The translations under genes were made by a program, and so were the position numbers. DNA of 62,988 nucleotides, the filler included, from Globobulimina sp. (taxonomy: Eukaryota): the NCBI GenBank assembly GCA_003354225.1. It is 18 parts of 18 records of this genome, joined end to end, with 100 filler letters (N's around TTAATTAATTAA, not from the genome) between each part and the next. Parts side by side here need not be neighbours in the genome. Positions count along the whole stretch, not along the records: positions 56,083 to 59,485 come from PIVH01002890.1; positions 59,586 to 62,988 come from PIVH01002891.1; 16 more parts are not named here. One strand, given 5' to 3'. The notes beneath the pieces were generated by a model. It had not been told where the DNA came from. It saw nothing but the letters and a program-made list of their open reading frames with translations, and made no database searches. The first letter of the stretch is position 1. Every line of letters begins with the position of its first letter. Positions 56,083 to 62,988 of this stretch are shown in pieces.

Positions 56083-57912
56083 GCACATAAATATAAATAT
56101 AAGTTGTATGTAGCATAAATAGGTTGCTGCCAATTGAAGAGCCAGTCCACCGGTAGTTCTAGTAGATTTCGAAGCTGTGGAATTACATGCAAATACGATA
56201 TTGCAATTGGAGCCCTGTTCTTCCTGTCTGATAATATTATACATTCTGTGCGCTTCATTCTGAATATTTCAAACACGACAATCACAGCAAAAGTGCGGTA
56301 AAACTCTCTATATATCATTCATACCTTAAAATGCATCATATCCTTCAATAAAAACTGTACCTCAGCGATACACGAATTGACTGACTTTGCTGCGGAATAC
56401 ACCATGACATTCAACTTTATATCTGCATAATTGACATTGCTTAATTCAAACCTATACTCGTCATTATTGAAACCATTCTTACAGCGCACAATACCGACAA
56501 TACTGCCCGACTCGTCGCCAACCACTTTGTCATAAAATATTTGCAAACCATGCAGCAATGACTCGACGTCCTCGAAAATTAAAGAACAACGGTTGATATC
56601 AAGCACATGCGACGACTGTGGAAACATTTCATTTGCATAATCATTTTGCGATTTTTGTTTGCAGCGTAATAATTGTTTAAGAGGACCTCGTTTATATTTC
56701 AATTGGAGTTTGGTATTTAAATTGGTTTCAATATTAATATCAAATATCTTTCGAATGGATTGCTGGAATCCATCATCTAAAATATGGCCTAATAATACTA
56801 ATTTTGGTAGATATATCTCGATTGCATAATAATTTAACGGCGAAAATGTGGTCGATGGGGTTATATTTGTAATTAATTCTTCCCGCTTATATTCGGAGAG
56901 TAAGCCAAAAGGAATAGAATCTTGCCGTGCAATGGTTTTGTTTTGCATTAATTTATATTTACCGGGATCTTCCTGGAAAGAAAAAGTCATTAATCGATCC
57001 CATAATGCTCGCTGGTTATGGTATAAATTTGTAAATGGGTCAATCAAAAACATTTGTTTTTGTTGATCAGCTGCAATCTGCACAATGTTTAATAGTCGCA
57101 AAAAGAGCATATCTTTGTCGTTTACCTTATAATACCATATGCTCGATTGTAGCAAATATGTATTTAACCAGAAAAAATCAACATGATTGACGGGAAACGC
57201 CTCGATTATATGTTTGCAAACTGAATAAACGGTTTGCCATATCTTTGTATCGTAGGCATTGATGCCAAGTATTTCAATCTGATACGTCCATATTAACATT
57301 AATAAATCGTCGGAGAAGGCCAATCGTCGTTCGATTGCCGACAGTAACGTTTGCGTCAAATTGTCAATGAAGGCAGTGATATTATCTTTATTTATGATTG
57401 TTTGTAGAGATTTTATTAAAATATTGATTTTTCCATTTTGATTGGATAACATGGCGGAAATTTCAGATATTTTATTGCCAACTTGCGAGTTTCCAAGTTT
57501 TCGGATTTGAATAAGTTGTTCGATATGTGGCGACATTGCAAATCTGGCTAATTCTAAACCGTCTTTGTTTTTTTTATTTCGTTTATTTATGTCACAGCCT
57601 AATAATAAGCACCTTTTTTTTTTGAGTTTAATGTATAGGAATTAAACAAATATAAAAGACCGTGCCTAACATGGATGCAATGTTAAATTGACCTTTTCTG
57701 CATGCCAATAGAAATAAGGTTTCATCAAATTTATTTACATCGGTCATTGATACTTTTTGTAATTGAAACAGTTTTTTAATATATTCAATATCACCACGAC
57801 TCATTCTATATTCAATATCTTTCCATAACTCTGCCGATGTTGATGCAGTGTTGTTTTCTTCTTTGTTATCAGCCTCTTTTTTTTCTGATTTTTTTTCGTC
57901 ATCCAGGTCCAT
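56083..57912 (-). CDS. Ankyrin-repeat protein with RelA/SpoT-like nucleotidyltransferase domain (3+ exons)
   Basis: Intron 57670-57613 builds ETLFLLACRKGQFNIASMCLLLGCDIN. Then GPLK..RCKQK, VLDINRC, IVRCKNGF, YADIKLNV, IAEVQF; intron 56324-56260 adds AHRMYNIIR. Confidence 0.75.
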
Positions 57913-57959
57913 GATGAAACGTTGACGCTGCGGAGTGTTTGTACTTTGAAGTAAAAAAA
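57859..57959. repeat. Copy 1 of a ~100-bp duplication (upstream region + first ~18 codons); copy 2 at 59066-59166
   Basis: Direct repeat at offset 1207 with about 5 mismatches; encodes DDEKKSEKKEADNKE in both genes. Confidence 0.9.
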
Positions 57960-58225
57960 TTAAATTATTTCTTCTTCAGAATCATCAGATTCCTAGAGTC
58001 AGCTGCAGACAATGTTTCTGAATTCCCATTCATGTGCCAAGATTCCTTTGCTTGTTGTCAGCTATCATTTAAAGAATCAAATATACAGCATCTGGTTTAT
58101 AGAATAGCAGAACAAGAACAATCTGGTTTATAGAATGACAAAAAAGATTATAAAAAAATCAAACAAAAAATATAACGTGTTTTGGCTGATAATATACAGA
58201 TATTAAATTACAGATATTTAATACA

Positions 58226-59113
58226 TCATTTTTTATAAATACCATGTTTATGAATTTCTAAAATTCCTTTGGCAATCGCTTTTGCCACAGCTTTCCTTTT
58301 ATCTTTTTGTTTCCGTATTTTCGAACCAAATTCCAATTGTATGGCATACACATTATTTGTTTCCGAATGTGTCTGTACTGTATACCCACCGCTATACGCA
58401 CCATATTCGTCATTATGCTTTGATCCAACCAACTTAACCCAGTCCAAGTCGTCAATCACATATTTCAACAAACTCGCTAATATTTTATCTTTATTTCCAT
58501 TGCCATCGCAGGTCTTTCCACTCTTTGTTCCGATACAAATTCCATTTGCAAACTCTTTCTTTGCTTGGCCATGAATGTCAATTAACAGCATTCGAATTCT
58601 CTGCTTCTTATCATTGGCATTATGCTCACTTTCCATACGCATTCGGTCTATTTCTTTTGTAATGCATTGGTGATATAATTCATAAACAGATTTGGCCGCC
58701 GCATCCTGTGGAGAATAGGCAAATGATTCCATGCTTCTGTTTGCGTCCAAATACGTTCGATGCACTTTTAAAACAACATAACCGGGCACAATAACGTCAT
58801 TCTTCTCATCTGAATCTGAATCCATTTGTAATTGTTTAATTGCATCAGATATCTCATATAATATCTCCATTGTATTCAAATCACTCATTGTTTTAATATT
58901 TGCATTGTTTTTTATGTCTTTGCGATTCGAAAATATTTGTTCCTGTCGCGCTGTTCTACGAAATCCGTGCGGTGCACTCAAACATATACAACAATTTTTC
59001 CCTTCTTCATATTCCATAAATGACGAAGCTATGTCAACCTCTTTCTCTTTCCCATCAATGTCATATTCTTTGTTATCAGCCTCTTTTTTTTCTGATTTTT
59101 TTTCGTCATCCAT
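58226..59113 (-). CDS. N-formylglutamate amidohydrolase-like metallo-hydrolase
   Basis: LSAPHG, HRTYLDANR, YH, LLIDIHGQ, IGT, YSGGYTVQTH, AIQLEF; intronless. Confidence 0.8.
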   Translation of the reverse strand: MDDEKKSEKKEADNKEYDIDGKEKEVDIASSFMEYEEGKNCCICLSAPHGFRRTARQEQIFSNRKDIKNNANIKTMSDLNTMEILYEISDAIKQLQMDSDSDEKNDVIVPGYVVLKVHRTYLDANRSMESFAYSPQDAAAKSVYELYHQCITKEIDRMRMESEHNANDKKQRIRMLLIDIHGQAKKEFANGICIGTKSGKTCDGNGNKDKILASLLKYVIDDLDWVKLVGSKHNDEYGAYSGGYTVQTHSETNNVYAIQLEFGSKIRKQKDKRKAVAKAIAKGILEIHKHGIYKK

Positions 59114-59585
59114 GTCCAAGATGAAACTTTGACGCGGCGGAGTGTTTGCACTTTGAAGTAAAAAAACTGTGCAAGAACTTTTTTATATTACCGCATGCCA
59201 GTGATGGATTGATTTATTTCTTCTGCTGCAATGATTAAATACAGCAACCAGCTCAGAAGGACCTAACAACAGTTTCGTATGACATATATTGACTACCTGA
59301 CGGACTTAAGTTTTATATTTAGTTGATACTAGCATACAACATGGACTCTAACAACAATCAAGTTGATGATGTAGAGGTGCATACATATTGCCATTGTTAA
59401 CTTTAAAACAACAGCAATCTATTTTTTCAAATAATATCCATTAATTACTATTGTTAATAACAGAACTTTGATGACCGTCCATCCTNNNNNNNNNNNNNNN
59501 NNNNNNNNNNNNNNNNNNNNNNNNNNNNNTTAATTAATTAANNNNNNNNNNNNNNNNNNNNNNNNNNNNNNNNNNNNNNNNNNNN

Positions 59586-60207
59586 TCAATGTAATTAATT
59601 TTAATTTATTTATCATTCTTTCTTCCGATTTTATGATTACATTCTTGAAGGAATTATTTTTAATATCTACGCCAAGATGAATTGCCGTATTTAAATAGCA
59701 ATACGATGCATAATCAAAATTTCGTGATTTAAAATTTAAATTTCCTTCATATTTTAAATAAATGGCACTATTTATATCCAACATCCCTATTATTATTGGA
59801 TCAAATAAGTGCATATTTGTTAATTTTTTGAATATATGCCCTCTTTCAATGTGTTTTATTGCGGAACTTATCATTTTAAATATCATCGGATTATTAATAA
59901 TATCCGATAAAGGACCAACAACATTCATTTCACTGTTAATAATTGATGAACAATCTATACTTTTTTTCATTTCGCTATAATTTATATTCTGTTTTTTTAA
60001 TGAAACAATTAATTCATTTATTTCAACATTGTTTATTGGAATGCCGTTTAAATGATAATATTTAAAACATAAATCGCAAATATCTTTATGTAGATATTTA
60101 TTTGTGTAGAGATTTACCCTCGATTTACATTGACGAAATATTGATGACTCGCTATGTAATCCAATAGCTACCTCGAACTGTGATAACTTAACATCATCAT
60201 CATCCAT
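59586..60207 (-). CDS. Hypothetical protein, 3'-partial
   Basis: ATG at 60207, open to contig edge; no domain recognised. Confidence 0.45.
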
Positions 60208-61124
60208 CCTTTGATGCCTGCTTTATTTTATGTAATTTAGGTTCCATTGACATTGACATTGATGATGAATGATAAACCTATTCAAGAAAAACACAAACGA
60301 AAAAAAGAAGTGAACCCAAACCTCAAACGCAGTTTTTGCAGCAAAATGTAGAGCTAAAAAATGCGGCATAAAAAGATTTGAGCTGAACATTTCAAAAAAT
60401 AACTGTGGCACAGACTATATTCAATAATGAATCACAACTGGAACCTCGATCAATCAAAAAATAATTGATTAAACCTCTCATGGTATTTTGGATTAGAAAC
60501 GGACTTTACAGTATATACTGTATAGGTGTTACACACGATACATGTTAAATTTTCTAAAGGTGCCCCAGGAATGATATACAATTTCTGATTATGTTAATGT
60601 TAACAGTTGTTTATGTCGTAGAATCACAACATTTAATTTGTAAATTATAATCAAATATTTTTATGCCAGTCATGCGGATATTAATTACTATCCCATCAAA
60701 TCAATACCAATTTGAATATAAATTATTGCAGTCATTAATTCAAGATATTGTACACAAAAATATAAAATTCCGATCTATTGAAATCAAAATAGATACAAAA
60801 ATTATTGACCATTCACAAGCATTCAGTCATACGAATCACAAACAGTCTGTCAAGAGCTTGAAACCTCACTTTTCGATTATTATTGTTAAGTTAAAATTAT
60901 TCTCTATTGTATATAAATATTATTCTCTATTTGTATTATACAGAGCGAAAATATAGCAGCCACATCGTGCAATAATCATGAAATATACATTCCAGTTAAC
61001 ATAATCTATATATAATAGACACGATTCGTTTGTAACCTTTGCTTTTTCTTAATTTAAGGTAAAATTTGACACAAATTCTGTTCGGTATTGCATTAAAGGA
61101 TATTTTCGGGGATTTGTCGAGAAA

Positions 61125-61571
61125 ATGAAATCAAGTCAAGACAGTGACACTGTTTACGCTGCAGATGGTATACGTATCGCGTTGCAACAACATAAATTTG
61201 AGCCATTCACATCAGTTGAGGTACTATGTATTATTGTGTATAAATTGAAAATTACAATGCAATCTATTTAGATATCAGCCAATGGTGACTTGAATGAGGT
61301 TAACTTACCAAATAATTACAACGAAGCCAATGTTGAAGCGTCGATACACGATACAACATTTAAGGCATTTGATACTTCTCAATCTTTGCAATTGGAATCT
61401 GAAGAATCTGTAAACGATTTATTCCGAGATATTGGATCCGGTCAATATAACTATAAATTAGCAAACTCGCGATCGTTATTATCAGTGAATACTGATCAAT
61501 TACAACCAATATATCTGTTTTTCATAATTCTCATCTTGTGTTTAATGCTTCGAGTTCATTTTTTGAAATGA
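61125..61571 (+). CDS. Hypothetical tail-anchored protein (start uncertain)
   Basis: Exon 61125-61220, GT-AG intron 61221-61271, in frame with ORF 61290-61571 ending in a hydrophobic segment. Confidence 0.4.
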
Positions 61572-61660
61572 TAATTATATGAAACTTTTCTACTTTACAA
61601 CACAACAAATAAAAAAACCCCTTTTTGGATCGTCCCCGTATAAAGAATTTAAACATAAAC

Positions 61661-62134
61661 ATGGCACAACAAGCAGAGGAAGAGAAAAAAGTGGACGATA
61701 AAAAAGAATTAAAACTCGCGAATTATTCGGGTACGTGGAACTTACGAACGTCAGAGAAATTGGATGAGTATTTAAAATCAGAGGGTTGGGGATTTATTAT
61801 GAGAAAAGCCGCCGCCGCAGTCAGTGCACGCCAAATAATAACACAAGATGATAAATCAATGACCATCAATATAAAAAATAAAAAAGGTGAATATGAATAT
61901 ACGGCTCCTTTTGATGGATCAAGCTATAAATATGTGGACAATGATAAAGATGAAATTGAGTCCACTGTAAGCATTGAACAAAGCGATGATGGCGTTGTGC
62001 TCAAAGAGGCAATGCTTAAAGGAAAAGACAAAAAAGAATATACCACCACGCGTTATATGAAAGGGGATGAAATGTGTTTACGTATCGAAAATAAACAGGG
62101 AATTTATTGCATTCGATTCTTTAAAAAGGGATAA
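61661..62134 (+). CDS. Cytosolic fatty-acid-binding protein (FABP/iLBP)-like
   Basis: YSGTWNLRTSEKLDEYLKSEGWGFIMRKAA signature, beta-strand pattern, C-terminal TTRY..GDEM..CIRFFKK. Confidence 0.82.
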   Translation: MAQQAEEEKKVDDKKELKLANYSGTWNLRTSEKLDEYLKSEGWGFIMRKAAAAVSARQIITQDDKSMTINIKNKKGEYEYTAPFDGSSYKYVDNDKDEIESTVSIEQSDDGVVLKEAMLKGKDKKEYTTTRYMKGDEMCLRIENKQGIYCIRFFKKG

Positions 62135-62538
62135 ATAACTCATATATGTCTGTAAAATGACTTGTAAATTTAGCTTTTTCTTTTTTTATTATTATTATTT
62201 TGAATTTTTCTAATTATTAATTTTTAACCAGTTTCTCTTTTAATTTGCTTTGTGAACAGTATCCTCGCACTCAACGTTGCTTAGAGTTTTTGAGCTCAAT
62301 GTTTTCTCAGTATACATGGAAGCACCCTGATTTTCTTGAAGTTAGCTAGTAATGCTCACATTCGACAAGTGCTGTTTTTGTGTGCTATCCTGGCACATAC
62401 ACCGACGACAAACGTATTTACTGCCAGAAAAAATATATTGTAAGTTGATAAATAAAAAATAGACGAAAGCTCAAAAAGAAAAACTCCAAAATTCCATGCA
62501 AAAACAAATAAAATTATTAAAATTAAACATGCATTAAA

Positions 62539-62988
62539 TTATTTTTTTTTATTTAATGTGTTGGATAACCAATCCAGTCCTTCGTAGAGGCCGTCCCCGG
62601 TGGTGGCACAGGTCGACTGTATATACCATTGCCGGTTCCTTAACTGATTCAAACCCAAACGCTCTGTCACTTCATTTACAGACATTGCATTTGGTAAATC
62701 CTGTTTATTAGCAAACACTAATAACACGGCATCGCGTATTTCATCCTCGGCCAACATTCGTTGTAATTCTTCCTTTGCGCTGTTATCACTGCCCGATGCA
62801 TCGTCGATTCTTTCTCGATCATTGGAATCGACCACAAAGATAATACCTTGCGTATTCTATGCATATTCATATTGTCATGATTAGAAAATTAAAGTAGAGC
62901 TAAACTTGATAATAATGGCGCCATAGAGGGCGAATCTTGTCCTGTCCGCCAACGTCCCATACGGTAAAAGAGACATTTTTATATTCCA
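62539..62988 (-). CDS. ARF1: ADP-ribosylation factor (class I), 5'-partial
   Basis: [27 protein letters not shown], intron 62905-62857, [49 protein letters not shown]. Confidence 0.95.

Overview
This is not one locus. It is 18 unrelated contigs of 3403-3407 bp, sorted by decreasing length and joined by 17 artificial 100-nt spacers (44 N + TTAATTAATTAA + 44 N), so adjacency across spacers means nothing. The DNA is AT-rich, eukaryotic, standard code and gene-dense, with short GT-AG introns (mostly 49-120 nt). The gene set suggests a protist, plausibly a rhizarian such as a foraminiferan (inference only). Recognisable genes: tandem Cid1/TUTase-like nucleotidyltransferases, RING-TM E3, class-III aminotransferase fused to a membrane domain, RNF213-like AAA+ fragment, CDPK7-like kinase, VIT-vWA protein, UTP11, kinesin, elongase, CAP-Gly protein, UTP20, secreted 2OG-Fe(II) oxygenase, histidine phosphatase, Cys-less pLGIC, N-formylglutamate amidohydrolase-like, FABP-like and ARF1. 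There is also a decayed DIRS-like retroelement and several repeats. The most unusual signals are within-contig domain fusions: ITIH-type vWA + Snf7 (ESCRT-III) + gamma-adaptin ear; C-type lectin + TM + Josephin deubiquitinase (joined by splicing); ankyrin + RelA/SpoT-like synthetase fold sharing a duplicated 5' end with its neighbour; and serine protease + RCC1. All family calls come from reading motifs by eye; no searches were run.
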